Assembly (NCBI GenBank): GCA_040877645.1
Contig: JBBDNI010000049.1
Span: 632 to 64,631, forward strand
Direction: 5' to 3'
Length of the DNA stretch: 64,000 bases
From: Chloroflexota bacterium
GTDB taxonomy: Bacteria; Chloroflexota; Limnocylindria; QHBO01
A program made the translations under genes and the position numbers. Shown one piece after another: positions 46,370 to 55,866 of this stretch. The notes under the pieces were generated by a model. It did no database searches and was not told where the DNA came from. It was given only the letters and a program-made list of their open reading frames with translations. Each line of letters begins with the position of its first letter. Position 1 is the stretch's first letter.

Positions 46370-47113
46370 CTAGGTGGTCATGACAACGCGGCGCTCGATC
46401 GACACGACCAGCCCGTGCAGGCCGATACCGATGACCGCCAGCGTGGCGAGGGCGACGAACATCAGGGGCGTGTCGAAGAGCCCCTGGTCGGCGATGTTGA
46501 TCAGGACGCCGAGGCCGCTGCTGGCCCCGGCCCATTCGGCGACGACGGCGCCGATCACCGCCAACGTGACCCCCACCCGCAGGCCGCCGAAGATGACCGG
46601 CAGGGCCGATGGGATCTCGAGGCGAGTCGTCAGCTGACCGGGCGTGGCGCCAAGGGAGCGGAACATCTCGCGCAGCAGCGGGTCAGCCGAGCGGATGCCG
46701 ACCATGGTGGCGATGGCGATCGGGAAGAAGACGATCAGGGCGCAGACCAGGACGCGAGCCAGCAGCCCGCCGCCAAACCAGATGTCGAGCAGCGGGGCGA
46801 GGGCCAGGATCGGCACCGATTGCGCCGCCACGATGTACGGCGACAGGACCCGCTCGACGACCACGCTCTTTCCCAGCGCAGTGCCGACGACGATGGCTGA
46901 GATCGCACCCACCGCCAGGCCGAGCAGGATCTCGGAGAGCGTGACCGCGGTGTGCTCCCAGAGCAGCCCGGAGCCGATGGCGCGCAGCGCCCGTTCCGCG
47001 ACCACCTCGGGGGCCGGCAGGATGTAGTCGGGCGTGCCGGTCACCACGGTGAGCAGCTTCCAGGCGGCGAGGAAGGCAGCCATGGATATGAGGGTGGTGG
47101 CGAGACGCCTCAT
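46370..47113 (-). CDS. ABC transporter permease (SsuC/TauC/ThiX-like)
   Basis: The ATG overlaps the ATPase stop as ATGA. 247 aa with 6 TM helices and an EAA-like loop. The upstream part of the track ORF is an antisense shadow of the ATPase gene. Confidence 0.8.
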   Translation of the reverse strand: MRRLATTLISMAAFLAAWKLLTVVTGTPDYILPAPEVVAERALRAIGSGLLWEHTAVTLSEILLGLAVGAISAIVVGTALGKSVVVERVLSPYIVAAQSVPILALAPLLDIWFGGGLLARVLVCALIVFFPIAIATMVGIRSADPLLREMFRSLGATPGQLTTRLEIPSALPVIFGGLRVGVTLAVIGAVVAEWAGASSGLGVLINIADQGLFDTPLMFVALATLAVIGIGLHGLVVSIERRVVMTT

Positions 47114-47955
47114 CGGTCGACCCACGGAGTCAGCTCGGGCGGATGCACCTCGGCCAGCGCCGCGCGCGTGGCTGCATCGATGCTCATCGCGGCGGGGTCG
47201 CCGGCCACGGTTGCAGGCCTCGGACGTGGCAGGTCGACCGAGATGATGCGCGCCACGCTGCCGGGCCGGGCGGTCATCACCACGATCCGATCCGCCATCC
47301 GGATCGCCTCGCTCACCGAATGCGTGACAAGGACGACGGTCCGCGGCCGATCCATCCAGAGGCGCTGCAGCTCCCCGTCGAAGGCCTCGCGGGTGAGAGC
47401 GTCGAGCGCACTGAATGGCTCGTCCAGCAAGAGGATCGGCGGATCGGTGATGAGGGCGCGCGCCAGACCCGCCCGCTGGGCCATTCCCCCTGAAAGCTGT
47501 GCCGGGCGCAGATCCGTGGCCTCTCCCAATCCCACTCGTTCGAGTACCTCGACCGCCCGCTGCCTGGCCTCGACAGCCGGCGTCCCGGCCAGGGTGAGCG
47601 GGAGCGCCACGTTGTCGAGGGTCGAGAGCCACGGCACGAGGCGCGGCTGCTGAAAGGCCAGCCCGACCCGCCCATCGCCCGCTCGGGGCGTATTGGCGGC
47701 ACTCTCGCCGACCAGGACTCGGCCACTGGCTGGCTGGAGGAGCCCAGCGATGAGCCGCAACAGCGTGCTCTTGCCAGACCCATTCGGACCGATGATCACG
47801 GTCAGGCTGCCGGCCGCGATTTCGAGGGTCAGCCCACGGAGCGCTTCGACATTAGCTCCCGCCGCCGGGAACTGGACGGTGACATCCGCGAGTCGCAAGG
47901 ACAGGCCGGCGGGCATCGATGCCCCGCCCGACTTCGTCGCCGCCTCGGTGATCAT
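47110..47955 (-). CDS. ABC transporter ATP-binding protein (NitT/TauT family)
   Basis: Walker A GPNGSGKST, signature LSGGMAQRAGLARAL, Walker B ILLLDEPFSALD. The start is at MITEA... with GGGAG 6 nt upstream. Confidence 0.85.
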   Translation of the reverse strand: MITEAATKSGGASMPAGLSLRLADVTVQFPAAGANVEALRGLTLEIAAGSLTVIIGPNGSGKSTLLRLIAGLLQPASGRVLVGESAANTPRAGDGRVGLAFQQPRLVPWLSTLDNVALPLTLAGTPAVEARQRAVEVLERVGLGEATDLRPAQLSGGMAQRAGLARALITDPPILLLDEPFSALDALTREAFDGELQRLWMDRPRTVVLVTHSVSEAIRMADRIVVMTARPGSVARIISVDLPRPRPATVAGDPAAMSIDAATRAALAEVHPPELTPWVDR

Positions 47956-48099
47956 CACTCGCTCCCGATCGCGCCTGTTTGGCATCGCTCGGGGCATCAA
48001 CCGCGGAACTCTCCAGCTCGACTCTCTCAGGCGCGCAGGCGCGCGCCATCGGTCTGTCGATGCGTCGGAGAACGCCTCGCGGTCGCCTTCTCCCATCCG

Positions 48100-48275
48100 G
48101 ACTGTGACCGTCGGCCCTGTCTGCCGTCGAGCGTCGCGCTCGCCGGATCAGGTCGGCCCCGCCAGGTTCGCCCCTTCCGCCGCTCCTCGGCGTCCAGGCC
48201 CGATGGGGTTCGCGGGCTGGCTCGCCTCAGCGAGCCGACCGCCGGTGGGGACTTTCACCCCGCCCCGAAGGCGAT
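48100..48275 (-). promoter_or_regulatory. GC-rich, riboswitch-like structured 5' leader of the ABC transporter operon; class unresolved
   Basis: The minus-strand sequence reads GGGGUGAAAGUCCCCACCGGCGGU...GGCUCG-CUGAGG-CGAGCC...GACCUGAUCCGG...GUCACAGUCCGGAUGGGAGAAGGCG. It carries TPP-like fragments (GGGGUG, CUGAGG, ACCUGAUCCGG) and a B12-box-like fragment, but fits no consensus cleanly. Confidence 0.25.
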
Positions 48276-48384
48276 GAATCGTTCAGTTGCGGCCAGCGTG
48301 ACATAGGCCGGTGGGCTGGTCAACCAAACTCGAGCTTCGGGGAAGCATCAGGACCACACGGCTTCCCGTGATCCTCGTCAGGAG

Positions 48385-48735
48385 TCAGTGGTCGCTTAGC
48401 TGTTCGCGGGAGGGAAATTCCTGAGGCATCTCATCAGTCATCCAAGCGTGCTCGACCGACTCGAGGTACCCGTCCTTGACCCACAGAATGAGGAACCCGG
48501 TCGGCTCGCCAGAGGGCGACATGGCGACAGCGTCACCCGGGAGCGGGCCATCTTTGCACGTTGCCGGTGGCGCGCCAGAAACTGCCAAGTGAAGATAGGT
48601 GGGCATTGCCGGCATCCCCTCGACGACTTGCGTGAACGGAATCTGCGCCTGGAGGGCGTCGGCGTCGGGGATTCTCGGATCATCGAGCAGCCAACCCAAA
48701 AGGTCGCGCTCGTTGGAGGTGAGATCCCTGCCCAC
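48385..48735 (-). CDS. Hypothetical protein (about 116 aa if started at the GTG at 48735)
   Basis: No recognisable domain (ERDLLGWLLDDPRIPDADALQAQIPF...FLILWVKDGYLESVEHAWMTDEM). The longer track ORF overlaps dedA. Start is uncertain. Confidence 0.35.
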   Translation of the reverse strand: MGRDLTSNERDLLGWLLDDPRIPDADALQAQIPFTQVVEGMPAMPTYLHLAVSGAPPATCKDGPLPGDAVAMSPSGEPTGFLILWVKDGYLESVEHAWMTDEMPQEFPSREQLSDH

Positions 48736-48736
48736 G

Positions 48737-49414
48737 CTAAGCCGCCGCTGCGTCCCTTGAGCCGCCTCGCCCGCGAAGCCATCGGTAGATGACGTAGGCC
48801 CCGCCCACCAGGACGACGGCGTAGATGAGGTATTCGAACGGGCGAACCGCCTCGTACAGGCGCTTGTAGTTCTCCCCGAGCAGGTAGCCACCAAGGAGAA
48901 GTCCCGCATTCCATGGCAGGGAGCCGAGCGCACTGAAGAACAGGAAACGGCCGACCGGCATGCGGGCCACGCCGGCCGGGTAGTTGATCAACGCCCGCAG
49001 CAGCGGTACCAGCCGGGCGAAGAAGACGGCGCGATCGCCATAGCGGGCGAACCAGGCATCGGCGCGGTCGAGATCATCGGGCTTGATGTGGACGTATCGC
49101 CCCCATCGATCCAGCAAGGGTCGACCGCCCCAGGCACCGATCAGGTACCCGGCCAGCGACCCGAGCACCGCCCCCACTGTGGCGATGATCAGCACCGCCA
49201 CAAAGCTCCAGGGCGCGTTCGTAAGCGGCTCCAGCACGGAGGGATCGGCCGCCGATTGGCTCACCTTCCAGCCGGCCATCGGCACGATCACCTCCGAGGG
49301 GATGATCGGGACGAAGGTCTCCAGGCCGATGGCGATGGCCACCCCCAGGTAGCCGATCGCGTCGTACAGGCCCAGGAAGAAGGGGATGACGGTCCGATCG
49401 ATGAAGTCCAGCAT
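48737..49414 (-). CDS. DedA/SNARE-associated family membrane protein
   Basis: MLDFIDRTVIPFFLGLYDAIGYLGVAIAIGLETFVPIIPSEVIVPMAG, 225 aa. Confidence 0.8.
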   Translation of the reverse strand: MLDFIDRTVIPFFLGLYDAIGYLGVAIAIGLETFVPIIPSEVIVPMAGWKVSQSAADPSVLEPLTNAPWSFVAVLIIATVGAVLGSLAGYLIGAWGGRPLLDRWGRYVHIKPDDLDRADAWFARYGDRAVFFARLVPLLRALINYPAGVARMPVGRFLFFSALGSLPWNAGLLLGGYLLGENYKRLYEAVRPFEYLIYAVVLVGGAYVIYRWLRGRGGSRDAAAA

Positions 49415-49417
49415 CGG

Positions 49418-50170
49418 TCAGGCGCGAACCCGTCCGTCGACCGCCAGGGAGTAGACCGCCACCAGGACCGCCAGCAGTGCGCCGCCGGCCATCCAGCCGC
49501 CGAGCAGGTCGATCGGGTAGTGGGCGCCGAGGTAGAGGCGGATCAGGCTGATCGCCGCGATCAGTCCAACCGCGACTCCATACGCGATCATGCCGCGCCG
49601 TCGGTCGGTCGCCAGGTGCGCCACGCAGAAGGCGAGCAGGCCGTAGAAGACAGTCGCGCGCAGGGCGTGCCCAGCCGGGAAGTCGGCGAGGTCGTCGAGG
49701 CCGACGCCGCGGACGTTGAAGAGGGCGGTCCCGAGCTGCGCCAGGCTCATCTCCGGGATGGCGGTGAAGTACTTCAGCGCCCACTCGATCGGGAAGGCGA
49801 GCGTCCCGGCCGCCAGCAGCAGGGCCAGGTCGATCCGCCGCCGTGCCAGGACCACAATGCCCGCAACGCCGAACCCGAGCGCCACGAACCAGCCGGAGCC
49901 GAGGCCGCTGATCCCGATCAGGAGCGAGTCGAGTGCCTGGGCGTGCTGCGCGACCCAGTCCTGGATCGGGGGCACCACGTTGCCCATCAGCCACTCCTCG
50001 GGGATGGTGTGGTCGGTGGTGCGCTTGAAGGTGACCAGCCAGAAGAGGCTGGGGAGCGCGATCAGCGCCAGCAGGAAGGCGAAGGCCGGGCTCGGGACCG
50101 CGCTCCCGCCCGGATCGGCTGCGTCCGCGGCCGCTTCGGGACGGGTCGGGGGGTCCGGGACTCGTCGCAC
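49418..50170 (-). CDS. PAP2 superfamily membrane phosphatase
   Basis: Motifs PAGH (cf. PSGH) and GAHYPIDLLGG (SRxxxxxHxxxD-like) with multiple TM helices. Confidence 0.7.
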   Translation of the reverse strand: MRRVPDPPTRPEAAADAADPGGSAVPSPAFAFLLALIALPSLFWLVTFKRTTDHTIPEEWLMGNVVPPIQDWVAQHAQALDSLLIGISGLGSGWFVALGFGVAGIVVLARRRIDLALLLAAGTLAFPIEWALKYFTAIPEMSLAQLGTALFNVRGVGLDDLADFPAGHALRATVFYGLLAFCVAHLATDRRRGMIAYGVAVGLIAAISLIRLYLGAHYPIDLLGGWMAGGALLAVLVAVYSLAVDGRVRA

Positions 50171-50218
50171 GCTGCGTAGTATAGGGACGGCCCCCGGCCC
50201 TCCCGGAGGTCAGATCCG

Positions 50219-51779
50219 ATGCCGGGCCACCGCCGAAAGGAGCCGCGCCACGCTTCCTGCGCCGACCTCCCCGCTGCTCGTCACCGGTCGAGACCTGACC
50301 GTTTCGGACGTCGCCGACGTGGCGCGCGCAGGGCGGTCAGTCACACTCGCGCCGGATGCCTCCCAGCGGATGGCAGCGTCGCGGGCGGTGATCGAGCGGC
50401 TGGTTGCCGAGGGCCAGACGGTCTACGGCGTGACCACCGGATTCGGTGACCTGGCCAACGTGCGGATCGAGCCGGAGCAGGTCGCCGAGCTGCAGCGCAA
50501 CCTGGTCCTGTCGCACACCGCCGGCGTCGGCGAGCCGCTCCCCGCCGAGGTGGTGCGGGCGATGCTCCTGCTGCGTGCCAATGCCCTGGCGATTGGCCTC
50601 TCCGGCGTGCGGCCACAGCTGGCGGAGCTGCTGTGCGGGATGCTCAACGAGGCTGTGCACCCGATCATCCCGTCGCGCGGCAGCGTGGGGGCCAGCGGCG
50701 ACCTGGCTCCCCTCGCGCACCTCGCCGCGGTGTTGATCGGCGAAGGAATGGCCGACACACCTGCAGGACCGATGTCCGGCGCTGAGGCGCTCGGCGCTGC
50801 CGGCCTGGTCCCGATCGAGCTGGGCGCCAAGGAGGGGCTCGCCCTCCTGAACGGGACGCAGCTGATGAGTGCCATCGCGGCGCTCGTGCTGCATGACGGG
50901 CAACGGCTGGCGGCCTCGGCCGACGTCATCGGCGCCATGAGCCTGGAAGCGATGGAGGGCACCGCCGCCGCCTTCGATGAGGAGCTGATCGGTGCCCGGC
51001 CGCATCCCGGCCAGGTCGCGGCCGCGGCCCACCTCCGCACCCTGCTGGGTGGCAGCCAGATCGGTGCGTCCCATGCGGAGAGTCCGCATCGGCTCCAGGA
51101 CGCCTACTCGATTCGCTGCATGCCGCAGGTCCATGGGGCGGTGCGCGACGCGCTCGACCAGCTGGGCCGCGTGCTGGCGGTCGAGATGAATGCGGCCACC
51201 GACAACCCGCTCGTCTTCGCCGACGGCCGCGTCGTCTCCGGCGGCAACTTCCATGGCGAGCCGATGGCACTGGCGATCGACTACGCCAAGATCGCCCTGG
51301 CCGAGCTGGCGTCCATCTCCGAGCGACGCACCGCGCGACTGGTGGACTCGCACCTCTCCGGGCTGCCGCCGTTCCTGTCCGAGGCGCCGGGACTGCGCAG
51401 CGGACTGATGATCGTGCAGTACACCGCCGCCGCACTCGTGAACGAGATGCAGACGCTCAGCCATCCGGCATCGGTCGACACCATCCCGACCAGTGCCAAC
51501 CAGGAGGACCACGTCAGCATGGGAGCCACCGGGGCGCTCCACCTGCGGGCCGTGCTCGAGAAGGCTGAGACGGTCCTGGCCATCGAGGCGTTGTGCGCCG
51601 CCCAGGGATTGGACTTCCGGGCACCGATGCGCCCGGGCATCAGCCTCGCGCGCGCCCACACGCGCGTGCGCGACCGCGTTCCGCACCTGGGGGAGGATCG
51701 GTCGCCCGCACCGGACATTGCCGCCGCCGTGGAGCTCGTGCATTCCGGCGCCCTGCTGATGGCTGCGGACGGCGCCTGA
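50219..51779 (+). CDS. hutH: Histidine ammonia-lyase; the 5' end is probably frameshifted
   Basis: MIO-forming ASG motif (GSVGASGDLAPLAHLA) and conserved VYGVTTGFG, LQRNLVLSHTAGVG. The only good RBS and start (GGAGG, 9 nt, then ATG at 50219) is in the +2 frame relative to the HAL frame. The HAL frame itself has no ATG, GTG or TTG for more than 150 codons upstream of the first conserved residues. Confidence 0.8.
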
Positions 51780-51782
51780 CCG

Positions 51783-52529
51783 ATGGCCGTCGCAGGCCTG
51801 GCCTTCACCCTCATCGACGCGGAGTCGTTTGACTCGATCCCGGCACCTGCCGAGCCGGGTGCTCGCTGCCAGACCTGCGACTACTGGGAGCGGCTGGATG
51901 GGCACCGCGAAGCCTTGGACTCGGAGGCCGCGGCCGATCTGAAGCTGAACCGCCTGATGGCCGGGGCTCGGCTGGCAGGCGCCTACGGCATGCTCGCCTG
52001 GCGCACCGATGCCTCTGGCGACCGTGTCGCCATCGGCTGGGCCCAATTCGGACCGATCTCCGCCTACCCGCGTGCCCAGGCCATCCGCGAGCGCTACCCG
52101 TCGCTCCCCGACTCGCCGGCCCCATGGGTGGTGACGTGCCTCCAGGTCCCAGCCGACACGCCGGACCGCGAGGCGGTGGCGGCCGCGCTGCTCTCCGCCG
52201 TCTGCGACGAGCTGGACCGGCGCGGGATCATCGCGGTGGAGGGGTACCCCGAAGGCGTGCCCGACCACTGGTCCCTCTCACCGGGACCCGCTTCCGTGTA
52301 CGAGGCCGCTGGCTTTGGCCGCGCCGCGGGAGACGAACGGTATCCAGCCTATCGGCGGGAGCTCGAAGGGGCTTCCGCCGACGTCGGATGGGGCGATCTC
52401 CTCTCCCACACCCGCGCGCCGGACGAGGGCGAGGAGTGGCCGCTGCCGCTCCCCAAGGGGCGGAGCGAGGAGGATCTCTTCCGCCTCCCGCAGAAGCCCT
52501 CCCGCCCCAACCCCTTCGGCGACGACTGA
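51783..52529 (+). CDS. Hypothetical protein, possibly GNAT-like
   Basis: 248 aa starting 4 nt after the hutH stop. It has weak acetyltransferase-like features (VTCLQV...LLSAVCDELDRRGIIAVEGYP). Confidence 0.35.
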   Translation: MAVAGLAFTLIDAESFDSIPAPAEPGARCQTCDYWERLDGHREALDSEAAADLKLNRLMAGARLAGAYGMLAWRTDASGDRVAIGWAQFGPISAYPRAQAIRERYPSLPDSPAPWVVTCLQVPADTPDREAVAAALLSAVCDELDRRGIIAVEGYPEGVPDHWSLSPGPASVYEAAGFGRAAGDERYPAYRRELEGASADVGWGDLLSHTRAPDEGEEWPLPLPKGRSEEDLFRLPQKPSRPNPFGDD

Positions 52530-52532
52530 CCG

Positions 52533-53258
52533 ATGCTCGAGGCAGGACTCTGGGGACTGGCTGCGGCATCGGCGCTGGTAGTCGGTGCGCTGATCGGCCT
52601 GGCAGGCCGCGTGCCGCGCAAGGCGGTGGCGCTGGCGATGGCGTTCGGGACCGGCGCTCTGATCAGCGCCCTGGCCTTCGACTTGACCGAGGATGCCTTT
52701 GCGCACGGCGGCACGGTGCCGGTCGCTGCCGGGCTGGCCGCCGGTGCGCTGGTCTTCTTCGCCGGCAACCAGCTGCTCCAGCGCAGAGGTGCCGCGCGGC
52801 GTGGGTCGCGGATGACGCCGGCGGAAGGAAACGGGCCGGCGATCGTGCTCGGCGCCCTGCTCGACGGCATCCCGGAATCCGTTGTGCTCGGTTCGACGCT
52901 GCTCGCCGGGACCGGGGTGGGCTTTCCATTCCTGGCGGCCGTCTTCTTGTCGAACGTTCCCGAAGGACTATCGGCGGCGAGAGATCTGAAGCGAGAGGGA
53001 CATGAGCCGACGTGGATCATCGGCCTGTGGGTGGGCGTGGCGCTTGTCTCCGGCCTGGCAGCAGCCCTTGGCTACGGGCTGGTCAGCGGAATGGGTGACG
53101 ACGCGGTTCCACTCCTCCAGGCGTTCGCTGCCGGCGCGATCCTGACCATGTTGGCTGACACCATGATTCCGGAGGCCTACGCCGACGGTGGTGACCTGAC
53201 CGGGCTGGCCACCGTCTTCGGCTTCGCAGCCGCATTCCTGCTGACGAAGGTCAGCTAG
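52533..53258 (+). CDS. ZIP family metal (Zn/Fe) transporter
   Basis: 8 TM helices with the HxxxE-type metal motifs of ZupT-like proteins (AFAHGG, VPEGLSAA). Confidence 0.8.
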   Translation: MLEAGLWGLAAASALVVGALIGLAGRVPRKAVALAMAFGTGALISALAFDLTEDAFAHGGTVPVAAGLAAGALVFFAGNQLLQRRGAARRGSRMTPAEGNGPAIVLGALLDGIPESVVLGSTLLAGTGVGFPFLAAVFLSNVPEGLSAARDLKREGHEPTWIIGLWVGVALVSGLAAALGYGLVSGMGDDAVPLLQAFAAGAILTMLADTMIPEAYADGGDLTGLATVFGFAAAFLLTKVS

Positions 53259-53695
53259 GCGCTTCCTCGCCTGCCGGCACCAGCACTGCCGAGCTCGTAG
53301 GCCTCGGTCAGCCAGATGCGCAGGTCGTCGGGCAGCTGCTCGGGATCAGCCACCTCCAGGATGTGGACATGCCGGCCCCCGTATGAATCGACGTGCAGGC
53401 GCGCGTCGTCGAGGCGTCGGGCGAGGACGAAGATTGCGCGCAGGGTCGACTGGGTGAAGCTCGCCCCGGCGAACGTCGAGCGAGCCTTGAAGCCGATGCG
53501 GCTCTTGAGCGGCTCGACCTTGATCGGCCCGATCTCGCGGACCATCGCCTCGAACTTGTGATAGGCGTCGATGACCTCCGGTGGCTTTCCGGCCAGGTGA
53601 TCGTCGACGGCGCGGCCGCTCGTGCAGGAGTGCCAGCCGTTGGGGATATGGAACTCGCGGCCGCAGTCCGGGCAGGTCCACATCGGGCGGTCCAT
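53255..53695 (-). CDS. Small zinc-ribbon + DUF5655-like protein (146 aa)
   Basis: [24 protein letters not shown]... The real start is an internal ATG. The upstream part of the 258-aa track ORF is an antisense shadow of hutU. Confidence 0.5.
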   Translation of the reverse strand: MDRPMWTCPDCGREFHIPNGWHSCTSGRAVDDHLAGKPPEVIDAYHKFEAMVREIGPIKVEPLKSRIGFKARSTFAGASFTQSTLRAIFVLARRLDDARLHVDSYGGRHVHILEVADPEQLPDDLRIWLTEAYELGSAGAGRRGSA

Positions 53696-53730
53696 GCGGT
53701 GAGGGTATCGCGCGGGCCTATCATCGGTCC

Positions 53731-55410
53731 ATGACTGCGACCGCCAAGCCGACCTCGGGCCCGCGGCCCGTCCACGCGCCGCGGGGTACGGAGCTCTCCT
53801 GCAAGGGCTGGGGCCAGGAGGCGGCGCTGCGGATGCTGATGAACAACCTCGACCCCGACGTCGCCGAGGACCCCGACCACCTGATCGTCTATGGCGGCAC
53901 CGGGCGGGCGGCGCGCAGCTGGGAGGCGTTCGACGCCATCGTCCGTGAGCTGCGGCGCCTCGAGAACGACGAGACCCTGCTGGTCCAGAGCGGCAAGCCG
54001 GTTGGAGTCTTCCGCACCACCACCGAGGCACCGCGGGTCCTGATCGTCAATGCCATGCTCGTCCCGCACTGGGCCACCTGGGAGCAGTTCCGCGAGCTGG
54101 AGCGGGCCGGCCTGACTATGTACGGCCAGATGACGGCCGGGTCGTGGATCTACATCGCCACGCAGGGGATCATCCAGGGCACCTACGAGACCTTCGCCGA
54201 GTGCGCCCGCCAGCACTTCAACGGCTCCCTCAAGGGGACGGCCACGCTGACCGCGGGGCTCGGCGGGATGGGCGGCGCGCAGCCGCTGGCCGTCACCATG
54301 AACGACGGCGCCGTGCTGGCCATAGAGGTCGACCCCGCCCGCGCGGAGCGGAGGCACCAGGCCGGCTACGTCGACGAGCTGACGATCGACGTGGACGAGG
54401 CGGTCCGCCGGGTCGACGCCTGGCGCGCATCCGGCGAGGCTCGCTCCGTTGCCCTCATTCGCAACGCCGCCGACGTGGAACCCGAGCTCGTGCGCCGTGG
54501 CTGGCACCCCGACATCGTCACCGACCAGACCAGCGCCCACGACCCGCTGGGTGGGTACGTGCCGGGAGGCATCGGCCTGGCAGAGGCGCTCGCGCTCCGC
54601 GAGCGCGACCCCGCGGCGTACACCCGCCGCTCCATGGCATCCATCGCCGAGCACGTGCGGGCGATGCTCGCCTTCCATCGGTCCGGCTCGGTCGTCTTCG
54701 ACTACGGCAACAACATCCGGAACTTTGCCCGCGAGGCTGGCGTGACCGACGCCTTCGACTTCCCCGGCTTCGTGCCGGCCTTCATCCGGCCGCTCTTCTG
54801 CGAGGGGAAAGGGCCGTTCCGCTGGGCGGCCCTGTCGGGCGACCCGAACGACATCCTGAAGACCGATGCGGCCCTGGCCGCCCTCTTCCCGGAGGACGCA
54901 TCACTGCACCGATGGCTGCGCCTGGCCGAGGAGAAGGTGCCGTTCCAGGGGCTGCCGGCGCGCATCTGCTGGCTCGGCTACGGCGAGCGGGCGAAGGCCG
55001 GGCTGAAGATCAACGAGATGGTGCGATCGGGCGAGCTGGCGGCGCCGATCGTGATCGGGCGGGACCACCTGGACGCCGGCTCGGTCGCGTCGCCGTACCG
55101 CGAGACCGAGGGGATGAAGGACGGGTCGGACGCGATCGCCGACTGGCCGATCCTGAATGCGCTCGTCAACACCGCCGCCGGCGCCACGTGGGTCAGCGTC
55201 CACCACGGCGGTGGCGTGGGGATCGGGTACAGCCTGCATGCCGGGATGGTGGTGGTTGCCGACGGGACCGATGAAGCGGCGGCTCGCCTGGAGCGCGTGC
55301 TGACCACCGACCCGGGGATGGGCGTCATCCGCCATGCGGACGCTGGATACGAGCGCGCCCTGGAGGTCGCCCGCGAGCGCGGCGTGCGCGTCCCCATGGC
55401 GGAGGGCTAA
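53731..55410 (+). CDS. hutU: Urocanate hydratase
   Basis: 559 aa ([49 protein letters not shown]-binding [10 protein letters not shown]). Confidence 0.9.
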   Translation: MTATAKPTSGPRPVHAPRGTELSCKGWGQEAALRMLMNNLDPDVAEDPDHLIVYGGTGRAARSWEAFDAIVRELRRLENDETLLVQSGKPVGVFRTTTEAPRVLIVNAMLVPHWATWEQFRELERAGLTMYGQMTAGSWIYIATQGIIQGTYETFAECARQHFNGSLKGTATLTAGLGGMGGAQPLAVTMNDGAVLAIEVDPARAERRHQAGYVDELTIDVDEAVRRVDAWRASGEARSVALIRNAADVEPELVRRGWHPDIVTDQTSAHDPLGGYVPGGIGLAEALALRERDPAAYTRRSMASIAEHVRAMLAFHRSGSVVFDYGNNIRNFAREAGVTDAFDFPGFVPAFIRPLFCEGKGPFRWAALSGDPNDILKTDAALAALFPEDASLHRWLRLAEEKVPFQGLPARICWLGYGERAKAGLKINEMVRSGELAAPIVIGRDHLDAGSVASPYRETEGMKDGSDAIADWPILNALVNTAAGATWVSVHHGGGVGIGYSLHAGMVVVADGTDEAAARLERVLTTDPGMGVIRHADAGYERALEVARERGVRVPMAEG

Positions 55411-55866
55411 TTACTCGCCGATATCCTCGGTCCAGACCTCGGGATGCTCGGCGATGAACTCGTTCATCAGCTGCAGGCACTCCGCTGAGTCGAGGTTGAC
55501 CACCTCGACGCCTCGCGAGCGCAGGTAGTCCTCGCCGCCCACGAAGGTGCGGTTCTCACCCATCACCACGCGCGGGATGCCGTACAGCAGGATGGCGCCG
55601 GTGCACATGTCGCACGGCGAGAGGGTGGTGTACATCGTCGCTCGACGGTAGACCGATGCCGGCAGGCGCCCGGCTTGCTCGAGCGCATCGGTCTCGCCGT
55701 GCCGGATGGCACTGCCCTGCTGCACCCGGCGGTTGTGACCGAGCCCCACCACCTCGCCATCGACCACCAGCGCGGCACCGATCGGCACACCGCCCTCCGC
55801 GCGGCCGATGCGAGCCTGCTCGATCGCATGCGCCAGGAACTCACCGTCACGCTGGTTGGTGCCCAT
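55411..55866 (-). CDS. CMP/dCMP-type zinc deaminase (nucleoside/guanine deaminase-like)
   Basis: HGETDALE...PCDMCTGAIL zinc-binding signature; 151 aa. Confidence 0.75.
   Translation of the reverse strand: MGTNQRDGEFLAHAIEQARIGRAEGGVPIGAALVVDGEVVGLGHNRRVQQGSAIRHGETDALEQAGRLPASVYRRATMYTTLSPCDMCTGAILLYGIPRVVMGENRTFVGGEDYLRSRGVEVVNLDSAECLQLMNEFIAEHPEVWTEDIGE

Noticed and set aside
47956-48384. A confident call as a TPP or cobalamin riboswitch.
   Set aside because: Only fragments of either consensus are present, and key elements (the TPP P4/P5 'AUAAUGCCAGCGUAGGGAA' and the B12 'GCCACUG' box) are degenerate or out of order. It is kept as an unresolved riboswitch-like leader.
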